Positions 38,219-47,895 of a stretch of 64,000 nt of DNA are shown piece by piece. The stretch covers positions 74,870 through 138,869 of the forward strand of contig CANHCR010000001.1 in NCBI GenBank assembly GCA_947459205.1, given 5' to 3'. This DNA is from Bacillales bacterium. GTDB lineage: Bacteria; Bacillota; Bacilli; Paenibacillales; CANHCR01. The stretch's first letter is position 1, and every line of letters begins with the position of its first letter. A program made the translations under genes and the position numbers. The notes under the pieces are model-generated. The model did not search any database and was not told the origin of the DNA. It saw nothing but the letters and a program-made list of their open reading frames with translations.

Positions 38219-38542
38219 ATGAATATGAAACCGATTGATTTGCAAATGGCGATTCCACGTGCTACCGAAGTAGGCAGAGTTCAGCAACAAATGCAGCATA
38301 AACCTCAACAAGACCAAGCTATGTTACAGCAAACGAATTCGAAAGACAGTGATCTGGCAGCACAGAAGCCGACAGAAGTAGACAAGTCGGACCAGGATGC
38401 TATCAGCAAAGATGAAAAAAAAGAAAACCAGAACCAAGAGCAGGGGCAAAAGAAGCGTGCTCGTAAGAATAAAGCTTACGCAAAAAAGCCGGATGATGCA
38501 GAGCATCCTTACAAAGGTAAAAATCTTGATTTGTCACTCTAA
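38219..38542 (+). CDS. Hypothetical K/Q/D/E-rich small protein
   Basis: 107-aa ORF with GGAGG RBS, tightly packed after sigD. The low-complexity, highly charged composition gives no recognisable family. Confidence 0.45.
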   Translation: MNMKPIDLQMAIPRATEVGRVQQQMQHKPQQDQAMLQQTNSKDSDLAAQKPTEVDKSDQDAISKDEKKENQNQEQGQKKRARKNKAYAKKPDDAEHPYKGKNLDLSL

Positions 38543-38566
38543 TATCGAAGTAAAGGAGTACGTCTT

Positions 38567-39100
38567 GTGAACTTATGGATTTATTTAATCATCGCTGGGA
38601 TTATCGCGGTCATTTGGTCATTTGTACTGCCTTCCCAACCTAACAAGTCGAAACAAGGCACTTCACTTGATGATTTAGAAGAATCATTGAATAGTTTCAC
38701 TTCTGGTTTAGAGGAAGATAATAAGGATCTTAATGCAAGATTACAATCGATGAAAATCGATCATGAGATTCAAAAAAGCGAATTGTTGATGCGCATCGAC
38801 TATCTCGAGCGTAAGAGCAATCAAATCGAAGAGGATACAAAGCGCGTGGCCAGAACCGTTGAAGATGAGATCATTCATCAAGCGCGTACTGGCGGACGTC
38901 CGGCGGATGGACCGCTTGGAACTGCACCAGAACCAGAGCAAGAAGAGCAGGCTCCGCAAACGATGGTCGAGCGTTATCCTGAGTTGTTCGAACTGTACAA
39001 AGAAGGCAAATCGATCGAGTTTATCGCCAAAAAAGTCGGCAAAAATAAAGGTGAAGTCATTTTGATTATTGACTTGGCGAAGCAAGGAGAAGAAATTTAA
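38567..39100 (+). CDS. SwrB-like protein (N-terminal TM, coiled coil, C-terminal HTH-like motif)
   Basis: The architecture and the C-terminal ELFELYKEGKSIEFIAKKVGKNKGEVILIIDLAKQG resemble my recollection of the B. subtilis SwrB C-terminus (..ELYEQGYSASQIAQKMKSGKTEIELFLKF..). Sits downstream of sigD. AAAGGAG RBS. Confidence 0.5.
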   Translation: MNLWIYLIIAGIIAVIWSFVLPSQPNKSKQGTSLDDLEESLNSFTSGLEEDNKDLNARLQSMKIDHEIQKSELLMRIDYLERKSNQIEEDTKRVARTVEDEIIHQARTGGRPADGPLGTAPEPEQEEQAPQTMVERYPELFELYKEGKSIEFIAKKVGKNKGEVILIIDLAKQGEEI

Positions 39101-39642
39101 TGGCAAAGAAATCATTTTTACTTGGTCTCGGACTCGGTTTGTTATTGGCAACATTAACGTTACAACTTGATTTTTGGAAAGTGCAGACGGACCAGCAGAT
39201 CAATGCTGGCGAGATGACGGTCGAAAAACTGCGTGAAGAAGCGAAAAAATTCGATTACGAATTGAAGACGAAAAATGAGATTCAATTGGAAATCGAAAAA
39301 GCAATCGAGCAATACAAAAACAAACAAAATTCCGGACAACCGCAGTCAAACAGTCAGACCAAACCTACGCAGCAGACTTCCGGGAATGCTGCGAATGTCA
39401 CAACCACACTGAATGGTACGAAGAAAACGCCGACGAGCATCAAAATTACCATTCAAAAAGGTTGGGATGCAACGCAAGTTGCGAACTACTTACATAATTC
39501 GAATGTCGTTAAAGATAAGAACGCGTTGCTGAAAGCGCTTGTCGGCATCTCGAAAACGCGGCAAATTGCTGCCCGTTCGTTTTTCTTAGAGCCGAACTCA
39601 GATCCGAAAGAAGTCGCACAAAAGATCACTACTGGTAAATAA
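39100..39642 (+). CDS. Hypothetical membrane-anchored protein with a C-terminal YceG/MltG-N-terminal-like (LysM-like) segment
   Basis: N-terminal TM (FLLGLGLGLLLATLTL). The C-terminal IKITIQKGWDATQVANYLHNSNVVKDKNALLKAL...FFLEPNSDPKEVAQKI follows the pattern of the MltG N-terminal domain. Last gene before the operon terminator. Confidence 0.45.
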   Translation: MAKKSFLLGLGLGLLLATLTLQLDFWKVQTDQQINAGEMTVEKLREEAKKFDYELKTKNEIQLEIEKAIEQYKNKQNSGQPQSNSQTKPTQQTSGNAANVTTTLNGTKKTPTSIKITIQKGWDATQVANYLHNSNVVKDKNALLKALVGISKTRQIAARSFFLEPNSDPKEVAQKITTGK

Positions 39643-39646
39643 CAAA

Positions 39647-39681
39647 CCTCTGTTCCCGAGCGGAATACAGAGGTTTTTTTA
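39647..39681 (+). terminator. Rho-independent terminator ending the flagellar operon
   Basis: CCTCTGTTCC-CGAGC-GGAATACAGAGG hairpin followed by TTTTTTT (39674-39680). Confidence 0.85.
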
Positions 39682-39755
39682 TGGGATATGAGATGATTGT
39701 ATTTGAATGCACGATACGATAACATAATGATAGTATTAGGCGAGGGAGGACAAGC

Positions 39756-40100
39756 ATGTCAGAACCAACGTTGCACGATTTGCAAAAACAAGTGGATGAT
39801 TACATTTCACAATTCAAGGAAGGCTATTTTCAACCGTTGTCGATGTTGGCGCGGATGACCGAAGAGGTCGGTGAATTGGCGCGTGAAGTCAATCATCGGT
39901 TCGGTGAAAAACCGAAAAAGACAGACGAAGCGGATAACTCGATCGATATGGAATTGGGCGACATTTTGTTCATCATCATTTGTTTCGCCAATTCGCTAAA
40001 CATCGATCTCAATACTGCGTTTCAACAAGTGATGCACAAATTCAACACGCGCGATGCCAATCGCTGGACAAGAATCGAAAAGGAGACACATCATGAGTAA
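39756..40100 (+). CDS. ypjD: MazG-like nucleotide pyrophosphohydrolase (YpjD-like)
   Basis: MTEEVGELAREVNHRFGEKPKK...ELGDILFIIICFANSLNIDL (EExxE...D motifs). Position upstream of dapB, as in B. subtilis. Confidence 0.8.
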   Translation: MSEPTLHDLQKQVDDYISQFKEGYFQPLSMLARMTEEVGELAREVNHRFGEKPKKTDEADNSIDMELGDILFIIICFANSLNIDLNTAFQQVMHKFNTRDANRWTRIEKETHHE

Positions 40101-40896
40101 AACATTGCGAGTCGCCGTCACTGGCGCAAAAGGAAAAATGGGACAGGAAGTCGTCAAAATGGTATTGCAGGAAGCCGATTTTCAACTGGTCGTCGCGATT
40201 GACCCAAGTAGTGCGGGCGTTGATGCGGGTGTGCTGGTCGGCAAAGAGCCATGCGGCGTCATCGTGCAAGCGGACTTGGATCAAGCTTTGCGCGAATCAG
40301 CGGCAGATGTACTCGTTGATTTCACCATTCCGCAAGTGGTAATGGACAACGTCCGCACCGCCATTCGCCACGGCGTGCGCCCAGTCATCGGTACGACTGG
40401 CATGTCGCCAGCAGACATTGAGGAAATCGACAACTTGCTGAAAGAAAAAGCAATCGGCGGTTTGATTGCCCCTAACTTTTCCATCGGCGCTATCTTAATG
40501 ATGAAATTCGCTGCGCAAGTGGCCAAATATATGCCACATGTTGAGATTATCGAATATCATGGCGATCAAAAACTTGATGCGCCTTCCGGCACATCAATCA
40601 AAACGGCGGAATTAATCGCCGCCAATCGCCAGGAACTGCGCCAAGGCAATCCGCACGAGCACGAGACGATAGATGGTGCACGCGGCGGCTATTATAACGG
40701 CTTCCGTATCCACAGCGTACGTTTGCCAGGCGTGTTTGCTCAGCAAGAAGTTGTATTCGGCGGGTACGGGCAGACACTCAAAATTCGCCACGATTCCTAC
40801 GAGCGCGCGGGCTATATGCCGGGCGTTGCAGTGGCGGTGCGCAAGGTGATGGACTGCACCGGCGTCGTCTATGGGTTTGAGCATTTTATCGACTAA
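40093..40896 (+). CDS. dapB: 4-hydroxy-tetrahydrodipicolinate reductase
   Basis: LRVAVTGAKGKMGQEV NAD(P) motif and EIIEYHGDQKLDAPSGT active-site motif. AGGAG lies 7 nt upstream of ATG 40093, which overlaps the ypjD stop by 8 nt. Confidence 0.93.
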   Translation: MSKTLRVAVTGAKGKMGQEVVKMVLQEADFQLVVAIDPSSAGVDAGVLVGKEPCGVIVQADLDQALRESAADVLVDFTIPQVVMDNVRTAIRHGVRPVIGTTGMSPADIEEIDNLLKEKAIGGLIAPNFSIGAILMMKFAAQVAKYMPHVEIIEYHGDQKLDAPSGTSIKTAELIAANRQELRQGNPHEHETIDGARGGYYNGFRIHSVRLPGVFAQQEVVFGGYGQTLKIRHDSYERAGYMPGVAVAVRKVMDCTGVVYGFEHFID

Positions 40897-40922
40897 TCGA
40901 TTTGTTAGCGGGGTGACAGGCA

Positions 40923-41342
40923 ATGAACATCGCTTTAATTGCACACGACCGTAAAAAAGAGCAACTTGTCCATTTTGTCATCGCATACGAGGCCGTGTTT
41001 CTCGGGCATCAACTGTTTGCGACCGGCACCACAGGTCTGCGGATAATGGAACATACGAAACTGCAAGTCGAGCGCTTCATGTCGGGCCCGCTCGGCGGGG
41101 ACCAGCAGATTGGCGCTATGGTCGCACGCAACGAGATGGACTTGGTCATTTTCTTTCGCGATCCGCTGATGGCGCAGCCGCACGAGCCGGATATTATCGC
41201 ATTGCTTCGGCTATGTGATGTCCAGGGTGTGCCGGTAGCGACCAATTTGGCGACCGCGGAACTGCTGATTCGTTCCTTGCAGCGCGGCGACATGTCTTGG
41301 CGTGAGCTGACGACTAAATACAAGCCGGGCGACCGTATGTAA
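40923..41342 (+). CDS. mgsA: Methylglyoxal synthase
   Basis: [16 protein letters not shown]...LFATGTTG...[11 protein letters not shown]...FFRDPL...HEPDI are the canonical MgsA motifs. Confidence 0.93.
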   Translation: MNIALIAHDRKKEQLVHFVIAYEAVFLGHQLFATGTTGLRIMEHTKLQVERFMSGPLGGDQQIGAMVARNEMDLVIFFRDPLMAQPHEPDIIALLRLCDVQGVPVATNLATAELLIRSLQRGDMSWRELTTKYKPGDRM

Positions 41343-41354
41343 GGAGGGACAGGC

Positions 41355-42053
41355 ATGAGTCAACTGGATTTACTCGTTTTTGCGGCCCATCCTGACGATG
41401 CGGAAATCGGCATGGGTGCGACGATTGCTAAACATCTCACAGCAGGCCTGCGCGTCGGCATATGTGACTTGACCGAGGCGGAGTTGTCTTCGAACGGCAC
41501 ACCGGCGCTACGCCGCGCTGAGGCTGTTGCCGCTAGTGAAATTTTGGGTTTGACGTTGCGCATCAATCTTGCATTGCCCGACCGTGGTTTGCGCTGTGAT
41601 CGGAAGCAACTGGATCAAATCGCTACGGTCATTCGTGAAACGCGTCCACGGCTCGTATTTGCGCCATATTGGTTCGATCGCCACCCTGACCATGTGATGT
41701 GTAGTCAAATGGTGGAGGAAGCTGTTTTTAACGCCAAATTGCGTCGTTATCCGCTTGCTGGTGAGGCGCATCAAGTCGAACAAGTCTATTACTATTTCAT
41801 TCATGAGCTACCGCAAGCTGACGTCGTCATGGATGTAAGTGCGGAGCATGAGTCCAAGATGCTGGCGCTGGCGGCGTATCGTTCGCAATTTTTGCATATA
41901 GATGAATTGGATATGGTAGTAACGCCGTTGAACCAAGGCTATTTGGAGCAAGTCGTTGAGCGCGATCGATTGCTCGGACGCCGTTATGGTATGAAGTTTG
42001 CCGAGGGATTCGCGAGTAAGACGGCACAGCGGCGTACGCTCTTTTTGGATTGA
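41355..42053 (+). CDS. bshB1: Bacillithiol biosynthesis deacetylase BshB1 (LmbE/PIG-L family)
   Basis: LLVFAAHPDDAEIGMGATIAKH zinc-site motif. Synteny mgsA-bshB1-bshA. Confidence 0.85.
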   Translation: MSQLDLLVFAAHPDDAEIGMGATIAKHLTAGLRVGICDLTEAELSSNGTPALRRAEAVAASEILGLTLRINLALPDRGLRCDRKQLDQIATVIRETRPRLVFAPYWFDRHPDHVMCSQMVEEAVFNAKLRRYPLAGEAHQVEQVYYYFIHELPQADVVMDVSAEHESKMLALAAYRSQFLHIDELDMVVTPLNQGYLEQVVERDRLLGRRYGMKFAEGFASKTAQRRTLFLD

Positions 42054-42070
42054 CCATTTGAGGTGATGAG

Positions 42071-43207
42071 ATGCTGAAAATCGGAATTACGTGCTACCCG
42101 ACATTGGGCGGTTCGGGCGTAGTCGCCACAGAACTAGGGAAATTGTTGGCCGAGCGCGGTCATCAAGTGCATTTCATAACACACGGGATGCCGTTTCGAC
42201 TCGGCAAATATCAAAAAAACATTTTTTATCATGAAGTCGAAGTGAACGACTATTATGTGTTCAAATATCCGCCGTTTAATTTGGCGTTAGCAAGCAAATT
42301 GGCGCAAGTGGCGAAGATTCAGCAACTGGACATTTTGCATGTTCATTATGCGTTTCCGCATGCGGTGAGCGCTTATCTCGCCAAGCAAATCGCGGCTGAC
42401 ACTCGCTTGAAAGTGGTGACAACGTTACATGGCACCGACATTACCGTACTCGGACAAGATCCGACGCTGATTGACATTATCCGATTCGCTATCAATGAGA
42501 GCGACATGGTAACGGCTGTCTCACAAAGTTTAATCGACGACACGCGCCGTACATTGCAAATCGAGCGTTCGATCGAGCTCGCACACAATTTTGTCGATGA
42601 ACGCATCTACTTCCCGCGAGAGGTTAGCGCTTTGCGTGCCGAATTCGCGCAGCCGCATGAAAAAGTGCTGATGCACATTTCCAACTTCCGCCCCGTCAAA
42701 CGCGTGTCCGATGTTGTCGATCTGTTCACGCTTGTTCGCCGTCAAATGCCGGCCAAACTGCTATTTGTCGGCGAAGGTCCAGAACTGCCGAAAATTATGG
42801 CGCGTGTGCGTGAAGCGGGACTTGCTGAGTGTGTCTATTTTCTCGGCAAACAGGACGAAGTGGCGGAACTCATTTCGATTGCCGATTTGTTGTTATTGCC
42901 GTCGGAAAAAGAAAGTTTCGGCTTGGCCGCGCTGGAGGCGATGGCTTGCGGCGTGCCGGTACTCGCATCGAACACAGGCGGAATTCCAGAGTTGATTGAG
43001 CATGAAGTGAGCGGCTTAATGGCACCAGTCGGCGAAATTTCGACGATGGCGCGCCTCGCACTCTCGTTGCTGAGCGATGAACAGCGACTCGCCGACATGC
43101 GCCAAGCGGCGATTGCACGTGCGCGAGCGCGATTCAGTGCTGACGCGATTGTCCGTCGTTACGAACAACTATATGAACAAGTGTTAAAAATAGAGGATCA
43201 ATCATGA
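42071..43207 (+). CDS. bshA: N-acetyl-alpha-D-glucosaminyl L-malate synthase BshA (GT4)
   Basis: MLKIGITCYPTLGGSGVVATELGKLLAERGHQVHFI and the E-x7-E region SEKESFGLAALEAMACGVP. Synteny supports the call. Confidence 0.88.
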   Translation: MLKIGITCYPTLGGSGVVATELGKLLAERGHQVHFITHGMPFRLGKYQKNIFYHEVEVNDYYVFKYPPFNLALASKLAQVAKIQQLDILHVHYAFPHAVSAYLAKQIAADTRLKVVTTLHGTDITVLGQDPTLIDIIRFAINESDMVTAVSQSLIDDTRRTLQIERSIELAHNFVDERIYFPREVSALRAEFAQPHEKVLMHISNFRPVKRVSDVVDLFTLVRRQMPAKLLFVGEGPELPKIMARVREAGLAECVYFLGKQDEVAELISIADLLLLPSEKESFGLAALEAMACGVPVLASNTGGIPELIEHEVSGLMAPVGEISTMARLALSLLSDEQRLADMRQAAIARARARFSADAIVRRYEQLYEQVLKIEDQS

Positions 43208-44508
43208 GCGATCATTCGATAACAAACGATAAATGGGTGGCAGCGCGCTCGATTTTACAAACGTTACTAAACGCCGGTCATGAGGCGTATTTTGTCGGCG
43301 GTTACGTCCGCGATTGTTTGTTAGGCGAGCCAGTCAAAGACATTGATATCGCAACGTCTGCCTTACCTGACGAGGTGTTGGCGTTGTTTCCACATACGGT
43401 CGCGACCGGTCTGCAACATGGCACAGTCAGTATCATCATCGCCAAAGTCGCCTATGAAGTGACGACTTTTCGAGCGGAGTCAGTGTACGAGCAGGCGCGC
43501 CGTCCGAAAGAGGTGCGTTTCATTCGCGACCTGCGTGCCGACCTCGAGCGTCGTGATTTTACGATCAACGCGATGGCACTCGACAGCGAAGAACGGCTGA
43601 TCGATCCGTTCGCTGGGCAAGCGGACTTACAACTGCGATTGTTGCGTGCGGTCGGCGACGCAAACGAACGGTTTGCCGAAGATGCTTTACGCATGCTGCG
43701 CTGCTTGCGCTTTGCCGCCCAGTACGAGTTGCAGATCGAATCGCATACATGGCAGGCACTGATCGCCAATCGCAGCAACCTTGAACACATTTCCATCGAA
43801 CGTGTGCGCATGGAACTGGACAAAATGTTCGAAGGCCGCCACCCGATGCGTGCACTCGCACTGCTTTGCGAGAGCGGGCTTTTTCATCATTTTCGCGGCT
43901 TGACGGATTGGGACAAGTTGTTGACTGCATGGATGCAACTGGCGCCGAATGAGCGCCCATTTGCTCTCGACCCACAATTATTGCAAAACGCGGCCGGTCG
44001 CTGGGCACATCTTTTCTTTACGATTGCTGCCACACCTGAGCAAACGGTCGACATTTGCCGCAAACTGACCCATTCCAATCAAAAAACGGCGGATATTGTC
44101 GATCAATTGCGGTTTTTTCACTCGCTAGCAGCATGTGCCACATCTGACAATTTGGAGCGCATCTGGAAAACGACGACCGTTGAATATAGCAAGCAGACGG
44201 CGCTCGCGGTGCTCGAGTGGCTGCACAATGATTGGCAGGGCGCACGTCTATGTCCGGTGTCGGAACAGTTGGTCGCGCATGGTGAGCGATGGTTGGCGCA
44301 GATGAGCGTCTTTCATACGCGCGATTTGGCGGTGAACGGCAACGACTTGATGAAACATTTACAGCGTAAAAACGGTCCGTGGCTACGAGCGCTACTCACC
44401 TCGCTACTGCGAGCGGCAGCAAACGCGGATGTTGCCAACGAAGAGGCTGATCTGCTGGAATTGGCTGAGCGACTTGTTGAAGCAGAGGATGGCGGTGCGC
44501 AGACATGA
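43204..44508 (+). CDS. cca: CCA-adding tRNA nucleotidyltransferase
   Basis: YFVGGYVRDCLLGEPVKDIDIATSA, RRDFTINAMA and ERF.EDALRMLR motifs. ATGA overlap with bshA. Confidence 0.9.
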   Translation: MSDHSITNDKWVAARSILQTLLNAGHEAYFVGGYVRDCLLGEPVKDIDIATSALPDEVLALFPHTVATGLQHGTVSIIIAKVAYEVTTFRAESVYEQARRPKEVRFIRDLRADLERRDFTINAMALDSEERLIDPFAGQADLQLRLLRAVGDANERFAEDALRMLRCLRFAAQYELQIESHTWQALIANRSNLEHISIERVRMELDKMFEGRHPMRALALLCESGLFHHFRGLTDWDKLLTAWMQLAPNERPFALDPQLLQNAAGRWAHLFFTIAATPEQTVDICRKLTHSNQKTADIVDQLRFFHSLAACATSDNLERIWKTTTVEYSKQTALAVLEWLHNDWQGARLCPVSEQLVAHGERWLAQMSVFHTRDLAVNGNDLMKHLQRKNGPWLRALLTSLLRAAANADVANEEADLLELAERLVEAEDGGAQT

Positions 44509-45485
44509 GTCACGTCGATACGATCATTCGCTTATTGGTGGCTTCCGACAACGCGTTTGTTTCGGGCGAGCAACTGAGCCGCGAACTCGGCATCAGTCGC
44601 ACGGCCATTTGGAAATACATGAAACAGCTGCGACAAATGGGTTACGAACTCGAATCGGTGTCGCATAAAGGGTATCGGCTTCTGCATGCCCCTGATTGCT
44701 TGGACACGCCTGAGTTTATGCTTGCGCTCGAGCGGAGCGGAGCGGCGGCGGTTCACTTTTTCGAAGAAGTAGACTCTACCCAAACCGTTGCACGCCGTTT
44801 AGCTGAACAAGGTGCACCTGCTGGCACGTTAGTGATCGCCGAACGTCAGACGGCGGGGCGTGGTAGATTTGATCGCAAATGGCAGTCTCCATATGGGCGC
44901 GGGATTTGGCTCAGTTTGATTTTGCGACCCGACGTCACCGTGCAATGGTCCTCGCAACTGACGCTTTTGAGCTCGGTCGCATTGTGTATGGCGATCCGTG
45001 AACAGACGGGATTGCCGGCCGGTATCAAATGGCCGAACGACATCCTCATCGGCGAGCGCAAACTATCGGGCATGCTCCTCGAAAGTGTTGCTGAAGCGGA
45101 GCAAATCCGCTACGTAATCGTCGGCATCGGCATCAACGTCAATCAGTTGGAGAGCGATTTTTCAGCGGACATAGCGCATACCGCCACCTCACTGCGGATT
45201 GCTGCAGATCGGCCGTTTCAACGGGCACCGCTCATCGCAGCACTGCTCGTTCATTTGCAACAACTTTTGCATGAGTACGCAGTCGCCGGCTTCACGCCGA
45301 TTGGCGAACGATGGCGTGCAATGAGTGTTTCCCTAAATCGAGCGGTCAAAATCACGAGCAGTCGCGGGATCGTCGAAGGATATGCGGAAACGATCGATGA
45401 GTATGGAGCACTCGTGCTGCGCATGGCCGACGGCACGCTTCGCAAACAATTTTCCGGCGACTTGGAACTGTTGCCACTCGCCTGA
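44505..45485 (+). CDS. birA: Bifunctional biotin--[acetyl-CoA-carboxylase] ligase / biotin operon repressor
   Basis: N-terminal HTH (FVSGEQLSRELGISRTAIWKYMKQLRQMGY) and catalytic GRGRFDRKWQSP motif. Confidence 0.92.
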   Translation: MSHVDTIIRLLVASDNAFVSGEQLSRELGISRTAIWKYMKQLRQMGYELESVSHKGYRLLHAPDCLDTPEFMLALERSGAAAVHFFEEVDSTQTVARRLAEQGAPAGTLVIAERQTAGRGRFDRKWQSPYGRGIWLSLILRPDVTVQWSSQLTLLSSVALCMAIREQTGLPAGIKWPNDILIGERKLSGMLLESVAEAEQIRYVIVGIGINVNQLESDFSADIAHTATSLRIAADRPFQRAPLIAALLVHLQQLLHEYAVAGFTPIGERWRAMSVSLNRAVKITSSRGIVEGYAETIDEYGALVLRMADGTLRKQFSGDLELLPLA

Positions 45486-45727
45486 AATGCGTTTGTCGTA
45501 TAAGTTTGGTATAATGAATGTGGGTGACATCTGCTCGGCGGAGTCGCACCGCTGAATATGATTGTTTCTAGTAGTTGCACGTCAAATGGGCGAGCATGCC
45601 CGTTTTATATGAACTGCTCACAGCCGAGAGGATTGAGACAGTGGTGACATATAGATAGATGAGAACGCCACTCCAATCGACCTTTTAGCTGCTGCTAAAG
45701 GTTTTATTTTTAGGATGGTGATTGCAT
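45486..45727 (+). promoter_or_regulatory. panB 5' region: extended -10 promoter (TGGTATAAT, 45507-45515), a ~200-nt structured leader and an intrinsic terminator abutting the panB RBS. This is a candidate attenuator or riboswitch-type leader.
   Basis: The 242-nt non-coding gap is the largest in the window. Local hairpins lie at about 45588-45601 (GGGC/GCCC) and about 45632-45685 (GATTG..AGTGG/CCACT..CAATC). The 8-mer GGTGACAT occurs twice (45523, 45643). See the terminator feature. Confidence 0.45.
45680..45711 (+). terminator. Intrinsic terminator inside the panB leader
   Basis: ACCTTTTAGC-TGCT-GCTAAAGGT (one bulged T) followed by TTTTATTTTT. The T-tract ends at 45711, directly before the AGGATGGTG Shine-Dalgarno of panB. 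Confidence 0.7.
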
Positions 45728-46582
45728 ATGAACAACAAAGAAGTGAGTACGGCGTCGCTTCGTGCGATGAAGGAGCGGGGCGAGCCGATTGCTGTCATTA
45801 CGGCCTATGATTTTCCGTCGGCAAAATTGGCGGAGGAAGCGGGAGCGGATGTGTTGCTCGTCGGCGATTCGCTCGGCATGGTGGTGCTCGGCTACGACTC
45901 GACGATTCCCGTGACGCTCGAAGACATGCTCCATCATACGAAAGCGGTGACGCGTGCGGCGCGTCGGTGTTTCGTCGTAACCGACATGCCTTTTGCCACC
46001 TACCACGGCAGCGTCGATGTCACGCTCAACCATGCCGCGCGCTTGATGCGTGAAGGGTTGGCGAAAGCGGTCAAAATGGAAGGCGGACGGGAGATCGTCG
46101 ATTCAGTTGCTGTCTGTGTAAAGGCTGGCATCCCCGTGATGGGGCATATCGGCCTCACACCGCAAGCCGTGTACCAACTCGGTGGTTATAAGATTCAAGG
46201 TAGATTGCCGGAGCAAGCGCGCAAACTGCTCGACGATGCGCTCGCCTTAGAAGCGGCTGGCGTGTTTGCGATTGTGCTGGAGTTAGTGCCCGAACCTTTA
46301 GCAAAACTCATCAGTGAAAAATTGACGGTGCCGACGATTGGCATCGGCGCAGGAAGATATTGCGATGGTCAGGTGCTCGTTTATCATGATTTGCTGCAGT
46401 ATGGTTCGCCGCTTGCACCGAAATTCGCCAAGTCTTACGCGGCTGTCGGTGCGGTGATCAAATTGGCGGTCAGCCAGTACGTAGAAGAAGTGAAAACGCG
46501 CCGTTTTCCCGAAGAAACGCATTCCTTTTCGATGGATGAAACGGTCATTGAAAAACTGTATGGCGGTGGGGGTCCGAAATGA
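45728..46582 (+). CDS. panB: 3-methyl-2-oxobutanoate hydroxymethyltransferase
   Basis: [36 protein letters not shown]...HHTKAV...VTDMPF closely follows B. subtilis PanB. Confidence 0.93.
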   Translation: MNNKEVSTASLRAMKERGEPIAVITAYDFPSAKLAEEAGADVLLVGDSLGMVVLGYDSTIPVTLEDMLHHTKAVTRAARRCFVVTDMPFATYHGSVDVTLNHAARLMREGLAKAVKMEGGREIVDSVAVCVKAGIPVMGHIGLTPQAVYQLGGYKIQGRLPEQARKLLDDALALEAAGVFAIVLELVPEPLAKLISEKLTVPTIGIGAGRYCDGQVLVYHDLLQYGSPLAPKFAKSYAAVGAVIKLAVSQYVEEVKTRRFPEETHSFSMDETVIEKLYGGGGPK

Positions 46583-47496
46583 ACGTTTGCACAACCATCA
46601 CACAGTTTCGCAGTGCATTGAAACAATTACAGCAAGAAAAGATACAGCACTCGGGAGCTGCGGAAGCGACCGTCGGATTTGTCCCGACCATGGGCTATTT
46701 ACATGCCGGACACGGCAGCCTGCTCGCCCGCGCTCGCCGAGAATGTGAGATTGTCGTACTCAGCATCTTCGTCAATCCGTTGCAGTTTGCTGTTGGTGAA
46801 GATTTGACAATCTACCCGCGCGACGAGCAACGCGATTTGGCGGTCGCCGCTGAGTATGGTGTTGATCTTGTGTTCATGCCGACAGTTGCCGAAATGTACC
46901 CTGCTGGCGCTACGTCGCTGACTACCGTCCATGTAACCCAGGTGACGGAAAAGTTATGCGGAGCCTCGCGTCCTGGGCATTTTGCCGGTGTCGCCACTGT
47001 CGTCAGCAAGTTGTTTCATATCGTGCAACCGGACAAAGCCTACTTCGGCTTAAAGGATGCGCAGCAAGTGGCGGTCATCGAGCAGATGGTCGGCGACCTC
47101 AATTTTCCGGTGCAAATTGTCGCTTGTCCGACCGTGCGTGAAGCGGACGGCTTGGCACTCAGTTCACGAAATGTTTATTTGTCGGCGGAGGAGCGGGCAG
47201 CGGCGCCGGTCATTGCGCGTACGCTTGCTGAAGTAGATGATTGGCTAGAGGATACGTCGCTAACGTTCGCTGACTTACAGGACCGTTTGGAGGCAGCAAT
47301 CCATGCGCAGCCTTTGGCGACAGTAGACTATATCGAATGTTTGCAATACCCTTCGTTTGCCGATTTGCCTCAGGATTTGAGTTGCGCCGAATGGCTGGCG
47401 CAATCAGGGCGTCGAGTGCTGATTGCGGCCGCGGTCAAATTCGGTAAAACGAGATTGATTGATAATCGATTGTTGGGAGGTGGTCACCGTGTTTAG
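46579..47496 (+). CDS. panC: Pantoate--beta-alanine ligase
   Basis: [25 protein letters not shown] and [12 protein letters not shown] motifs. ATGA overlap with panB. Confidence 0.93.
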   Translation: MNVCTTITQFRSALKQLQQEKIQHSGAAEATVGFVPTMGYLHAGHGSLLARARRECEIVVLSIFVNPLQFAVGEDLTIYPRDEQRDLAVAAEYGVDLVFMPTVAEMYPAGATSLTTVHVTQVTEKLCGASRPGHFAGVATVVSKLFHIVQPDKAYFGLKDAQQVAVIEQMVGDLNFPVQIVACPTVREADGLALSSRNVYLSAEERAAAPVIARTLAEVDDWLEDTSLTFADLQDRLEAAIHAQPLATVDYIECLQYPSFADLPQDLSCAEWLAQSGRRVLIAAAVKFGKTRLIDNRLLGGGHRV

Positions 47497-47875
47497 AAAC
47501 ATGATGAGGGCAAAAATACATCGCGCCACTGTGACCGAAGCGAATTTAAATTATGTAGGCAGCATCACCATCGACGAGGACATTCTTGATGCGGTCGGGA
47601 TCTACCCGCACGAGCAGGTGCAAATCGTCGACAACAACAATGGTGCACGTTTCGAAACGTATACCATTGCCGGACCGCGCGGTACGGGCATGGTCTGTTT
47701 GAATGGCGCCGCCGCTAGATTGGTGCAACCAGGAGATATCATTATCATCATGGCCTACTCGATGATGACCGATGAAGCGGCTCGTGCTTTGCAACCAACC
47801 ATTGCGATTTTGGGAGAAGATAACCGCATCGTGCAAATGATGTTTAAAGAAAAACCGACGACAATGCTCGAATAA
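47489..47875 (+). CDS. panD: Aspartate 1-decarboxylase
   Basis: [32 protein letters not shown] includes the G-S self-processing site. GGGAGGTGG lies upstream of GTG 47489, and that start aligns with B. subtilis MYRTMMSGKLHRATV. Confidence 0.92.
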   Translation: MFRNMMRAKIHRATVTEANLNYVGSITIDEDILDAVGIYPHEQVQIVDNNNGARFETYTIAGPRGTGMVCLNGAAARLVQPGDIIIIMAYSMMTDEAARALQPTIAILGEDNRIVQMMFKEKPTTMLE

Positions 47876-47895
47876 CGAGGAAATCGGGGTAACGG

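Noticed and set aside
39643-39755. Synteny break: the flagellar operon is followed directly by the ypjD-dapB-...-dnaD block, whereas these loci are far apart in B. subtilis
   Set aside because: The junction holds only a terminator and a short promoter region, with no repeats, mobile-element genes or composition shift. It is an ordinary lineage-specific rearrangement.
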